Shown: positions 1 through 9,345 of the stretch, in pieces
How positions within the stretch are numbered: the stretch's first letter is position 1
Layout: each line of letters begins with the position of its first letter
Assembly: GCA_963662665.2 (NCBI GenBank)
Contig: CAXXJS010000063.1
Coordinates: 1 to 64,000 of the forward strand
DNA: 64,000 nt
Direction of reading: 5' to 3'
From: Candidatus Latescibacterota bacterium
Lineage (GTDB): Bacteria; Latescibacterota; UBA2968; GCA-2709665
Notes under the pieces: model-generated
Told to the model about the DNA's origin: nothing
Database searches by the model: none
What the model saw: only the letters and a program-made list of their open reading frames with translations
Position numbers and translations under genes: made by a program

Positions 1-1043
1 CTGTTCGAGGGTCTTCGCGTGATGCCGCGCGCTCAACTGGCGTTCTTCGAGTTTGAGTTCGGCCCTGAGAATCTCCACCAGGCGGCCCGTATTGAATTCG
101 ATCACATCGGTCACGGTTGTGATCTGCGGCCTGTTGTCGCGAATGACCAGCAGATTCGCCGCAATTGACGTTTCACAGTCCGTAAACGCATACAGGGCAT
201 CAACGGTATCCCTCGTATGCACGCCGCGCGCCAGCTGGATCTCGATTTCCACCTGATCGGTCGTATAGTCGCTGATACCCGAGATCTTGAGTTTGCCTTT
301 CTTGGAAGCGTCTTCGATGGAGGCGATCAGGGCCTCGGTTGTCGTACCGAAAAGGCAGTTCGCGTACGATGATGCGTTTCGGATCTTTTGTATCCAGTTT
401 GGCCCGGGCGAGGACCTTTCCATTGCCGTCGTCATATTGAGAGACATCCACCAGCCCGCCGGTGGGAAAGTCGGGATCGAGACGGAAGGGTTTATCCTGC
501 AGGCAGGCAATCTGGGCCTCGAGCAGTTCGATCAGGTTGTGCGGGAGAATCCGGGGTGGTCATCCCCGCGGCGATGCCCTCCGAGCCGATGGCGAGCAGA
601 ACCGGGATCTTCGCGGGAAAGGCGATCGGCTCGCGGTTGCGGCCGTCGTACGAATCTTCGAACTCGGTTGTCTCCGGATTGAACAGGACCTCTTTGGCTA
701 GAGGCGTGAGGCGACATTCTATATACCGGGCGGCAGATGGCCTCGTCTCCTGTGAAGATGTTTCCGAAGTTCCCCTGTCTGTCGATGAACAACTCCTTGT
801 TGGCCAGGTTCACCAGTGCGCCGAAAATGGACAGGTCGCCATGGGGATGGTACCTCATGGTCTGGCCCACGACATTGGCGACCTTGTGATACTTTCCGTC
901 GTCCATCTCATGGAGGGGCGTGCAGAATGCGCCGCTGAAACCGGCTTGAAGCCGTCGTCGATACTGGGAATTGCCCGGTTCTTTATGGAATAGGAGGCGA
1001 ATTCGAGATAATATTTCTCGTACAGCGTATCAACGTATGCCAC
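1..1043 (-). CDS. parC: DNA topoisomerase IV/gyrase subunit A, N-terminal part (runs off the window; frameshifted)
   Basis: Joining frames gives FASYSIKNRAIPSIDDGFKPVQRRILHA..YHKVANVVGQTMRYHPHGD..GNFGN..SAARYIECRL (catalytic Tyr)..PDFPTGG..RELPFGTTT. This needs about five single-base insertions (~939, ~916, ~739, ~555, ~351), mostly in short homopolymers. GTG start at 1043. Confidence 0.9.
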
Positions 1044-1140
1044 GGTTTCTCCTCGTAACCGTTCGACATCAAGGCGCCAGGGGAGACAGAAACGCGGCTT
1101 TCTCCTGACGCCTGTATTCCTGAGGGAATCTACCCGGTGT

Positions 1141-3043
1141 TCAGATCAGGTTTTCGATAATGTAGTCTCTGCGTTCGGGGGTATTCTTGCCCATGTAGAA
1201 GCTGAGCATATTGGCGATTTTGGAAATGGGACCGGATATTTACTTTGACCAGCCGAATGTCGTCGCCGATGAACTGACCGAATTCTTTCGGTGAGATCTC
1301 GCCGAGCCCCTTGAAGCGCGTGATCTCCGGATTCCTGACTTCCTCCAGGGCGCTGTCCCGTTCGCGATTGTTGTAGCAGTAGCGGGTGACCTTGCTGTTT
1401 CTCACGCGGAAAAGCGGGGTTTCAAGTATATAAAGATGGCCCGCCAGCACCAACTCCTCGAAGTAATTCAGAAAATACGTGAGGAGCAGGTACCGGATGT
1501 GATAGCCGTCGTGGTCGGCATCGGTGGCAATGACGATCTTGTTGAATCGCAGGCTTTCGATGCCGTCTTCGATGCCGAGCGCCATCATGAGGTTGAACAG
1601 TTCCTCGTTCTTGTACACGGCTGCCTTGTTCTTGCCGAATACGTTCAGAGGAACGCCCTTAAGGCCGAAGATCGCCTGGCTGTAAACGTCCCGCGCGGAG
1701 ACCATGGAGCCTGCGGCGGATGGGCCTTCGGTAATGAAAATGGTTGAGTCCTCGCCATGCTTTTTGTGGCCCAGGTGGTATTTGCAGTCTTTGAAATGCG
1801 GAATCTTGATTGCGATTTTTCGTGCGGCCTCCTTGGCCTCTTTCTTGACCGCGTTGAGTTCCTTTCGCAACCTTTCGTTCTGCGCGATTTTCTCGGACAG
1901 GCGCTCGGCCACGGTCTGGTTCTTGTGCAGCAAGTCGACCACGGCGCTCTTGACGTCCGAGACAATCCACCCCCGGATATCCGTATTTCCCAGTTTATTC
2001 TTGGTCTGGGACTCGAAGACGGGCGCCTTGAGCTTGACGGCCACGGCGCCCGAAATACTCTCCCGCACGTCGATACCGTTGAAGTTCTTCTTGTAGAATT
2101 CATTCACGCCCTTCAGGATGCCTTCGCGGTAGGCGCTCTGATGGGCCCCGCCGTCGCTGGTGTATTGTCCGTTGACGAACGAGAAATGGGTTTCGCCATA
2201 GCTGACCGTGTGCGTGAACGCGAACTCCAGGTATTGTGATTTGTAATATAGCGGCTCATACAGAGCCGATTCGCCGACTTCGCGGGTGAGGAAGTCCAGC
2301 AATCCATTCCTGGATATAAAGCGTTCCTTATTGAAAACCAGCGATAGCCCGCTGTTCAGACACGCGTAGTTCCATAGCCGCTGCCGGACGTAGTCGAAAT
2401 TGAACGCAAACTCTTCGCCGAAAATCTGTACATCCGGCAGAAACTCGAAATAGGACCCGTCGGGTTCGCCGGGCTTCCGCCCCTCTTTCTTCCCTTTGAG
2501 ACGCCCTCGTTCAAAATGCGCCGCGAAGTACTTTCCGTCCCGGAAGGCAACCGCCCTGAAATCCGACGATAGCGCGTTCACGGCCTTCGTTCCCACGCCG
2601 TTGAGGCCCACGCTGAATTGAAACACATCATCGTTGTACTTGGCGCCCGTATTGATGATGGAAACGCAGTCGATGACTTTGCCCAGGGGGATGCCGCGTC
2701 CGTAGTCTCGAACCCGGACGCGGTTGTCTTCGATGCTGACGTCGATCTTCTTGCCGAAACCCATGATGAATTCGTCTACGGCATTGTCGATGACTTCCTT
2801 GAGCAGAACGTAGATGCCGTCGTCCGGATTGGACCCGTCGCCCAGACGGCCGATGTACATACCGGTCCGGAGGCGAATGTGCTCCAGTGAACTCAGCGTC
2901 TTGACTTTGGACTCGTCGTACCCGTGTTCGGGCGACGCGCCATTCTTGCGGCTGCCGGACGACCTCGTCGTGCGCGCGGGTTTCCCGTTGATGGAAAGCG
3001 AGAGCTGACTCGAACTCCTGGATGTCGGTTTTGTTTCGGGCAT
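1141..3043 (-). CDS. parE: DNA topoisomerase IV/gyrase subunit B
   Basis: [33 protein letters not shown] (GHKL ATPase), [15 protein letters not shown] (TOPRIM), RFKGLGEI. One extra base in GGG at ~1228 hides the family C-terminus [28 protein letters not shown], which stops at 1141. Confidence 0.92.
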
Positions 3044-3265
3044 AACACACCTTTAGAGATCGCCGGAAAACACAAGTCAGCCCGGCGACTGTACAGACGG
3101 GGAGGAAGACGCACCCGACGCGGGATCAGGTCGATATGGGGCTTAAAACTAACCTAACTGCGGGGAAATAAAGGGGAAAGGACGCACCATAATATAGTGC
3201 ATCTTTGTTCATCTTTCAAGGTGTTTTTTTCAATCGCGCCGGCCGCGGATGGGCGAATGCGCCTT

Positions 3266-3718
3266 TCAGGTTTCCCCGGTCACGTACCCAAGCACGTCCG
3301 CAACCTGTTCGGGCGTCTCCGTCACCGCCAGCGCCGCCGAATCGACTTCCTTGAGCGCGTGCGCAATCCCGGCGTGGTGAATCACAACAATCGGCTTGCC
3401 CAGGGCCGCGGCGAACCCGGCGTCGAACGCCGCGTTCCACTGCCTGTACTCGTCGCCAAAGCGCACCACGACGATGTCGGCGTCGCCAATGAGCGTGCGG
3501 GTCCGCATGGCATTGATCTTCGCGCCTTTGTGATCCTTCCAGAACGAGGATTCCTCGGGGCCAAGGATGTCCACGCCGCAGTTGTCGCTGGCGGCGTGGT
3601 CGGTAACGGGCGTCGTGAAGGACACCGGAAGTTCCCTTTCCGCCGACGCGCCGATGATCCGGTCCCGCCAGTCACTGTGGATCTCGCCGGACAGGTACAC
3701 CTTCCAACGTTTCGACAT
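3266..3718 (-). CDS. YtoQ family protein (nucleoside deoxyribosyltransferase-like fold)
   Basis: VYLSGEIHSDWR, VTDHAASDNCG, FWKDHKGAKINAMRT, YRQWNAAFDAG, HALKEVD. AGGAG RBS precedes the ATG at 3718. Confidence 0.88.
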   Translation of the reverse strand: MSKRWKVYLSGEIHSDWRDRIIGASAERELPVSFTTPVTDHAASDNCGVDILGPEESSFWKDHKGAKINAMRTRTLIGDADIVVVRFGDEYRQWNAAFDAGFAAALGKPIVVIHHAGIAHALKEVDSAALAVTETPEQVADVLGYVTGET

Positions 3719-3841
3719 TCGCTCGACTCCTATTGCGATCGTGCGCAACTTGAATGCGTGCGTCCCGGCTCTGAATCGCCCCGCTTCGCAGGCTGCATAC
3801 GTCGCGTTCACCCACTTCCGTGGAACGACGGTCCTTTTTTC

Positions 3842-4969
3842 TCAGTCCTTCACGACCCGGGTGTGCGTATACTGGTTTGAGTAGTTTCTCATGTTTCCCG
3901 TGGCGTAGACCTGTTTGATAGCGGTAGCCGGGAGCCAATGGATAAACCAGTTGTTGTAGACGTCGCAGATATCCTGCGGTGTGCCCCGGATGACCACCGC
4001 CTCCACGTCTACGGCGAGAAACGTGTTGTGGTGAATGAGAATAAGGTTTCCGGCAATGTCCGTTCCGTCTTCGCGGTCTCTACCGCCGTGCATGTCGAAG
4101 CTGTGACTGTTGGCATTCTCCAGAACCATGTTGTATCTGGCCTCGTAGCTGGTATTCGGCCTGCCCGTGCCTGCGATGTGGTGCCGGCACCAGTCGAACA
4201 GGTTGGCTTCGATGAGCGCTTCGGAATTGTCCATCACCACGCCGTAGCCGAGACCGTGGCGCTGGTTATGGTGGATATAGTTGTGGTGGATGTGGTTGTC
4301 CGTCGAGTTCCTCCGGAGGAAAATCGCACCGTGGCTCCAGCCCCAGAGTTCGCAGTTGTCCACCTCCAGTCCTGGTTCGAAGGTCTCGATGGCCCTGGAG
4401 TTGGGTATGCTGTAAAACTCGCCGACTGCGAGGAGCTCCTTCATCTGCTCCGTGCGTCTCATCGAGTCCGGTCCCTCCAGCCTGAGGCCGGTAAGGCGAA
4501 CGTCCGGGCCGGCGGCGACAAACAACGGGGCCGTATCCAGCTGTTCTGAGAAAATAAGGCCTCCATCGGAATCGGGCTTGCCCCGGCCGCTGGCCAGCGT
4601 GACCCCCGCCCGGATCTCGATGTCCGTATCGCCGGTCAGGTCCACCTTCGCGGTATCCGCCACGTAGACCACCTGCCCCCCCTGCGCTTTATCCAGGGCA
4701 TCCAGAAGTTCCGCGCGATTTGAAACGAGATAGTCGTATTCCTCAACCAGTCGATCGTATCCCTCGCCGCCGCCGATGGGATTGCCGGTGGGGTTCGAGT
4801 CGGCCCCGAACGTGTCGTCCGAAAGCAGCGCGCGGTTACTCTGGTCCCGTCCGCCCGTCGGTTCGGTGGGCTGCGGATCGGGCGCAGGGGGCGTTTCCTT
4901 GCCGCCGCAGGACGCGACAAAAAACAGCACGGCGAAACAGGTTAACATTCTGTATAAGGTCGTTTTCAT
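3842..4969 (-). CDS. Lipoprotein with right-handed parallel beta-helix repeats (paralog 1)
   Basis: Lipobox FFVASC-GG, Pro-rich linker, and beta-helix-type repeats (VDNCELWGW, IHHNYIHHN, IEANLFD, IHHNTF, VYNNWF). Start placed at the ATG after GAGG. Confidence 0.75.
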   Translation of the reverse strand: MKTTLYRMLTCFAVLFFVASCGGKETPPAPDPQPTEPTGGRDQSNRALLSDDTFGADSNPTGNPIGGGEGYDRLVEEYDYLVSNRAELLDALDKAQGGQVVYVADTAKVDLTGDTDIEIRAGVTLASGRGKPDSDGGLIFSEQLDTAPLFVAAGPDVRLTGLRLEGPDSMRRTEQMKELLAVGEFYSIPNSRAIETFEPGLEVDNCELWGWSHGAIFLRRNSTDNHIHHNYIHHNQRHGLGYGVVMDNSEALIEANLFDWCRHHIAGTGRPNTSYEARYNMVLENANSHSFDMHGGRDREDGTDIAGNLILIHHNTFLAVDVEAVVIRGTPQDICDVYNNWFIHWLPATAIKQVYATGNMRNYSNQYTHTRVVKD

Positions 4970-5024
4970 CGACACCTCGTGCACCATCGCGTATTTCTTC
5001 AACAGATCGTCCATCGCGTTTTTT

Positions 5025-6152
5025 TCAGTCCTTGACGACCCGATTGTTGGTGTACTGGTTTGAGTAGTGCCGCACATTTCCCCTGGCGTAGACCTGTTTG
5101 ACGGCGACGCCCGGGACAGAGTGGATAAACCGGTTGTTGTAGACGTCGCAGTATTCCTCGGGAATTCCCCGTATCACCACCGCGGCCACGTCGATTGCCA
5201 GAAACGTGTTGTGATGGATGCGAATAACGGTGCCCGCGACGTCCGTTCCGTCGTCCCGGTCCCTGCCGCCGTGCATGTCGAAGCTGTGGCTGTTGGCGTT
5301 TTCCAGGACCAGGTTGTAGCGGGCTTCGTAGCTCGTGCCGGGCCTGCCCGTACCGGAGATGTGGTGCCGGCACCAGTCGAAGAGGTTGGCTTCGATCAGC
5401 GCGTCCGACCTGTCCATGACCACGCCGTATCCCAGACCGTGGCGCTGGTTGTGGTGAAAATAGTTGTGGTGAATGTGGTTGTCCGTGGAATTGGCCCTGA
5501 GAAAAATCGCTCCGTGACTCCACCCCCAGAGTTCGCAGTTGTCCACTTCCAACCTGGGTTCGAAGGTCTCGATTCCCCGGGAGACGGGGACGCTGTAATA
5601 CCGGCCCTCCGACAGGAGTTGCGTCAACTGCTCCGTGCGTCTCATCGAGTCCGGACCCTCCAGCCTCAGGCCGGTAACGCGCACGTCGGGACCGGTGGCG
5701 ACAAAGAGCGGAATCGTCTCCAATTCTGTAGTAGAGACCAGGCCGCCCTCAGAATCGGGCTTACCCCGCCCGCTGGCCAGCGTAACGCCGGCGCCGATCT
5801 CGATTTTCCGGTCGCCTGTAAGGTCCACCCTGGCGGTGTCCGCCAGATAGACGACCTGTCCTATCGTCGCCTGCTTGAGCGCGTCCAGCAGCTCCGCCCG
5901 GTTGGTGACGAAATAATCGTAATCCTCAACCAGTTGGTCGTATCCGTCTCCCCCGCCGATGGGATTGCCCGTGGGGTTTGGGTCGGCGCCGAACGTGCTG
6001 TCCGACAGCAGGGGCCTGGCCTGCCGGGGGGTGTTATCCGCGGTCTCGGCAGGCGTCGGCTCGGGGGTGGCGGGCTTGTCTTTCCCGCCGCAGGCCGCGA
6101 AAAAAAACAGCACCGCGAAACAGGGAGTCAGTTTGTGAAAGGTCGTTGTCAT
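5025..6152 (-). CDS. Lipoprotein with right-handed parallel beta-helix repeats (paralog 2)
   Basis: Lipobox FFFAAC-GG. Collinear with 3842-4969, with long identical blocks (GVTLASGRGKPDS, LENANSHSFDMHGGRDR, YSNQYT..RVVKD). Confidence 0.75.
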   Translation of the reverse strand: MTTTFHKLTPCFAVLFFFAACGGKDKPATPEPTPAETADNTPRQARPLLSDSTFGADPNPTGNPIGGGDGYDQLVEDYDYFVTNRAELLDALKQATIGQVVYLADTARVDLTGDRKIEIGAGVTLASGRGKPDSEGGLVSTTELETIPLFVATGPDVRVTGLRLEGPDSMRRTEQLTQLLSEGRYYSVPVSRGIETFEPRLEVDNCELWGWSHGAIFLRANSTDNHIHHNYFHHNQRHGLGYGVVMDRSDALIEANLFDWCRHHISGTGRPGTSYEARYNLVLENANSHSFDMHGGRDRDDGTDVAGTVIRIHHNTFLAIDVAAVVIRGIPEEYCDVYNNRFIHSVPGVAVKQVYARGNVRHYSNQYTNNRVVKD

Positions 6153-6181
6153 TACCAGAACCGATCTTGAGAACATCACTC

Positions 6182-6205
6182 ACACAAGGACACGAAGACA
6201 CAAAG
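6182..6205. repeat. Three tandem degenerate 8-mers
   Basis: ACACAAGG-ACACGAAG-ACACAAAG, intergenic. Confidence 0.6.
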
Positions 6206-6226
6206 AAAAACAATAATCCGCAAGGC

Positions 6227-6251
6227 GGGCAACCACAAGGGTTGCCCCTGC
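6227..6251 (-). repeat. REP-like palindrome
   Basis: The minus strand reads GCAGGGGCAACCCTTGTGGTTGCCC: a perfect 8-bp stem GGGCAACC/GGTTGCCC preceded by a GTAG-like tetranucleotide (GCAG). Confidence 0.65.
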
Positions 6252-6348
6252 AAACCCGGATGCGTGCGAAACAAAAAAAGGGTCAAAAAACCGGATACAA
6301 CATCCACATCTCCCCAGATTCCCTGCCTACGGCGTGTTCCTTAAAACC

Positions 6349-6475
6349 GGGAAGACGTAAGACGGGAGAGGGTAGAGATGACCTGCCTTGTGGGGCTTCT
6401 TTTCGTGCCGGAGGCAAGAAGGAATAACATACCGGGTAAGGATATCTTCTACCGTCTTACGTCTCCCGTCTTACG
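6349..6475. repeat. Inverted repeat built from 7-mer units
   Basis: CGTAAGACGGGAGA (6356-6369) pairs perfectly with TCTCCCGTCTTACG (6462-6475). Both arms contain additional AGACGTA/AGACGGG units. Confidence 0.7.
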
Positions 6476-6542
6476 GATTCAGGAAGTGAAATGTGAAAGG
6501 CAGCCTCGCAACGCGCAGATGGTGACCCGATCGGGATCATAT

Positions 6543-7913
6543 CTAATACAGATCTTCCCGTGTCGTTATCGGACACCACCGCGCCGTGTTGAGGTGGTCC
6601 AGGAGAATATTGAGCGCTTCCGGTGTACCAATATACTCCAGCGCCACCGCAGCGTGCCCGGAGGCGTAGCGATTCTCGTCCTGCAGGGCCTCGCCAAGGG
6701 CCGGAATCGCGGCTTCTGCGTCCGCGCCGAAACGGGCTAGTGAATACGCCGCGTTGTAACGGACCTGCCCGTCGTTGTCCTTCAGCGCGTTCGCCAGGGC
6801 GGGCACGGCCTCGTCAGGCCTGCCGGCGATTGTGCCCAGGGCCTCGGCCGCGTGGTGGCGCACCCATTCGGAAGGATCGTCCAACGTTTTCGCGAGCGCG
6901 GATACAGCGCCGGCGGCCGCCGAACCGGCGTCGCCCAGCGCGAAGGCGGCGTGGCCGCGTACCTTTTCATTGTCATGTTCGAGGGCGCCAGCGAGTTCGG
7001 ACACGGCGGGTTCGCCAACGGCGGCCAATGCGTATGCGGCGTTCAGCTTTGTGCTTTCGTCGCCCGCCTGAAGGGCGCAAACAAGCGGACCGACAGCCGG
7101 TTCGCCGGTTGCGGCCAATTCGTACGCCGCGTTGAGCCGGGCGGGTTCGTCGCCACCGTGAAGGGTCCGCGCAAGCGCGTCCACGTTGCCCGCGTGGCCG
7201 TTGGCGTTCAGACCTCGGGACCAGTCCCAGATGCTGTTCCAGACAAACGGGTGTCTGTTTCCAACGTCAGCGTTGTTCCAGGCGCCGTCTTCATGGTTCC
7301 ACTCAGGCCGCGTTGGCTCGGACATCCGCGTAAACTGGAATTTCATCATATACCGTCTCATGTCCACCTGGTTGGGCATGGCCCGATGCCAGATGTCGAA
7401 GTGGACAATTGCGATGGTTCCGGCTTCGCCGCACACGGAAACGCCGGCGTCGTCCGGGTTCTTGAGACGGTCCATGTAGCAGTGCGTGTGTGGTATGACC
7501 CCAGTCGGTCCGTTGATTAATTCCACGTCCTGGGGATAGTAGAATGCCATTGCCCACCGGTTGCGGTGGTACCGCAGCTTGTAATAGCCCCAGTAGCTGT
7601 CTTTGTGCCATCCGCCGCCCTGACCGTTGGGTTTGTTGAAATGGCAGTGGCGGTGAATGTGCATGGTATGGTCGGGCCCGAGGATGGACGTAAAGGCCCC
7701 GCGGACTTCGGGCTGATCGAAGACAGTCTGGATTTCGGGAATGCGCGGCAGGACGTTGTTTCCCGGGTTGCCTTCCTTTACGAAGACTTCGTCGGTCTTC
7801 CTGTAGATTTCTTCGTGGAACTCCGGTGGCAGATTGACCTTGATCGTAGTGAATCCGTTGGCGATGAATTCCTGCATTTTCCGGTCGTCCAGGAGGTATT
7901 TCGGATCCAGCAT
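6543..7913 (-). CDS. PhyH-family Fe(II)/2-oxoglutarate dioxygenase fused to HEAT (PBS-lyase-like) repeats
   Basis: FIANGF, WHKD (HxD), GPTGVIPHTH, DIWHRA, RYMMKF. C-terminal repeats of the type VRxxAAxALG..A..AVPAL. Confidence 0.85.
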   Translation of the reverse strand: MLDPKYLLDDRKMQEFIANGFTTIKVNLPPEFHEEIYRKTDEVFVKEGNPGNNVLPRIPEIQTVFDQPEVRGAFTSILGPDHTMHIHRHCHFNKPNGQGGGWHKDSYWGYYKLRYHRNRWAMAFYYPQDVELINGPTGVIPHTHCYMDRLKNPDDAGVSVCGEAGTIAIVHFDIWHRAMPNQVDMRRYMMKFQFTRMSEPTRPEWNHEDGAWNNADVGNRHPFVWNSIWDWSRGLNANGHAGNVDALARTLHGGDEPARLNAAYELAATGEPAVGPLVCALQAGDESTKLNAAYALAAVGEPAVSELAGALEHDNEKVRGHAAFALGDAGSAAAGAVSALAKTLDDPSEWVRHHAAEALGTIAGRPDEAVPALANALKDNDGQVRYNAAYSLARFGADAEAAIPALGEALQDENRYASGHAAVALEYIGTPEALNILLDHLNTARWCPITTREDLY

Positions 7914-8129
7914 GGCTCAATTCTCCGTTAAATTGGTGAACGGGACCTGGCAAGCGCAATCTTCGTTTCTGCGCCGCCCACTCAAATATTAGGGACATGG
8001 ACCTAACGCGTCAAGAGATTATTCTGCGGCAGGCATCGGGTGGCCGCGTGGCGAGCAGAAGCTGCAGGATCGGTATTCGTTTCCGCGCAATAACTATTGC
8101 TTTTTGGGTAGAACTGGCGATTTTTAACT

Positions 8130-8155
8130 GAACCTGTTCGGCAGGAACCGTGTCT
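8130..8155 (+). promoter_or_regulatory. Putative ECF sigma-dependent (autoregulatory) promoter
   Basis: GAACCT-N16-GTCT, ~130 nt upstream of the ECF sigma gene. It matches the general ECF AAC / (G)TC architecture, and the same motif recurs at 27204. Confidence 0.6.
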
Positions 8156-8282
8156 TGCAGGATGTGATGCACGTTACGCAGCGTTTCTTTTGTCGATTAT
8201 GGGTAAAAAAGTGTTATCCGTAGAATTTCAAAGGCATATTGCGGTAGCGATTCATCAGCACGCCTATCCGCCGGAGTCCACC

Positions 8283-8843
8283 ATGCCCCAGGAACGGGAC
8301 CTGATCCATCAGTGTCTCTCGGGAAATCGGGACGCGTTCCGGAGGTTGATCGAACCCCACCAGGACTTCGTCTTCCGCGTTGCGCTTTCAGTGCTGGACA
8401 ACCGGGAAGAAGCGGAGGAAGCCGCCCAGGATGCATTTATTCGCGCTTACAGGGGCCTGGGTTCGTTTTCGGGTCGGGTTCCCCTTCAGGCGTGGTTGTA
8501 TCGTATTGCGGTTCGGACCGCCCTGAACGCAAGGCGACGCCGGCGCCTACGGCTATTGGAGCGGCTGACGCCGCCCTCATGGTTCGGAGGCCTGGCATCT
8601 GCGGCAACAAACGCCCCTGATGCCGAGGTTGAAAGACAAGACGCGCGCATTCGTCTTCGGGCAACAATTGACCGGCTACCGAGAAAACTGCATGAAGTTG
8701 TGGTATTGACCTACATGGAAGAACTTGCCTGCCGCGAAGTTGCGGAGGTTCTCAACATCCCGGAAGGCACGGTAAAGTCACGGCTTCACCGGGCGCGGGA
8801 GAAATTGAAGAATGAGATCGGGAGACAGGGTCTGTTGGACTGA
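8283..8843 (+). CDS. ECF sigma-70 factor
   Basis: Region 2 (AEEAAQDAFIRAY..F..WLYRIA) and region 4 (LPRKLHEVVVL..EVAEVLNIPEGTVKSRLHRAR). GGAG RBS precedes the ATG at 8283. Confidence 0.95.
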   Translation: MPQERDLIHQCLSGNRDAFRRLIEPHQDFVFRVALSVLDNREEAEEAAQDAFIRAYRGLGSFSGRVPLQAWLYRIAVRTALNARRRRRLRLLERLTPPSWFGGLASAATNAPDAEVERQDARIRLRATIDRLPRKLHEVVVLTYMEELACREVAEVLNIPEGTVKSRLHRAREKLKNEIGRQGLLD

Positions 8844-8866
8844 ACGGAAAGAGAAAGGGTTGCAGG

Positions 8867-9340
8867 ATGCTGAAATCAGCGTGTCGCGAAACCAGAGAGC
8901 GGATGCATAACTACCTGGACGGCGATATATCGCCCATGGACGAGAAGGCGATGCGGGATCACGTGGCGCGGTGCAGGGATTGCGCGCCCGCGTTCGAGCG
9001 GCTGCGTCAAAGCGACCGTGCGGTACGCAGCCATTATGAGGCTACGGTCGCGAATGCGGCGGCGCCGGACACGTTCTGGCAGGGAGTTTCCGATCAGCTG
9101 CCGGCGCAGCCGCGCCGCGCTCGACGGCGTCGGGCAGATCTTCTCGCAAAGATTCCCCGGAGGATACTTGCGCCTGCAGCGGTGGCCGCGGCGTTGATGC
9201 TCGCGGTCTGGGGATTGGAAATGTACGAAACAGCCTCGCCGGAAAGGCCCGGAAGATCGGCGCCCGTTCGAAAGGAACTGGCGAAGATCAGGGCGTCGAT
9301 TCTGGATATGGAAGCTGAACTGGAGCAACAGTGGAGGTAG
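8867..9340 (+). CDS. Zinc-binding (zf-HC2/ZAS) transmembrane anti-sigma factor
   Basis: C..YLDG..HVARCRDC (HxxxCxxC), one transmembrane helix (ILAPAAVAAALMLAVWGL) and a short extracytoplasmic helix. Directly follows the sigma gene. Confidence 0.9.
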   Translation: MLKSACRETRERMHNYLDGDISPMDEKAMRDHVARCRDCAPAFERLRQSDRAVRSHYEATVANAAAPDTFWQGVSDQLPAQPRRARRRRADLLAKIPRRILAPAAVAAALMLAVWGLEMYETASPERPGRSAPVRKELAKIRASILDMEAELEQQWR

Positions 9341-9345
9341 GGGCC

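Noticed and set aside
1-1260. parC/parE as pseudogenes or programmed-frameshift genes
   Set aside because: About six +1 insertions, mostly in short homopolymers, cluster at the window edge. The reconstructed frame has no internal stops and the catalytic motifs are intact. This is typical of low-coverage long-read error; a read pile-up would confirm.
6180-6480. CRISPR array or structured ncRNA
   Set aside because: There are no regularly spaced repeats with unique spacers and no cas genes. No RNA family could be recognised without a covariance search.
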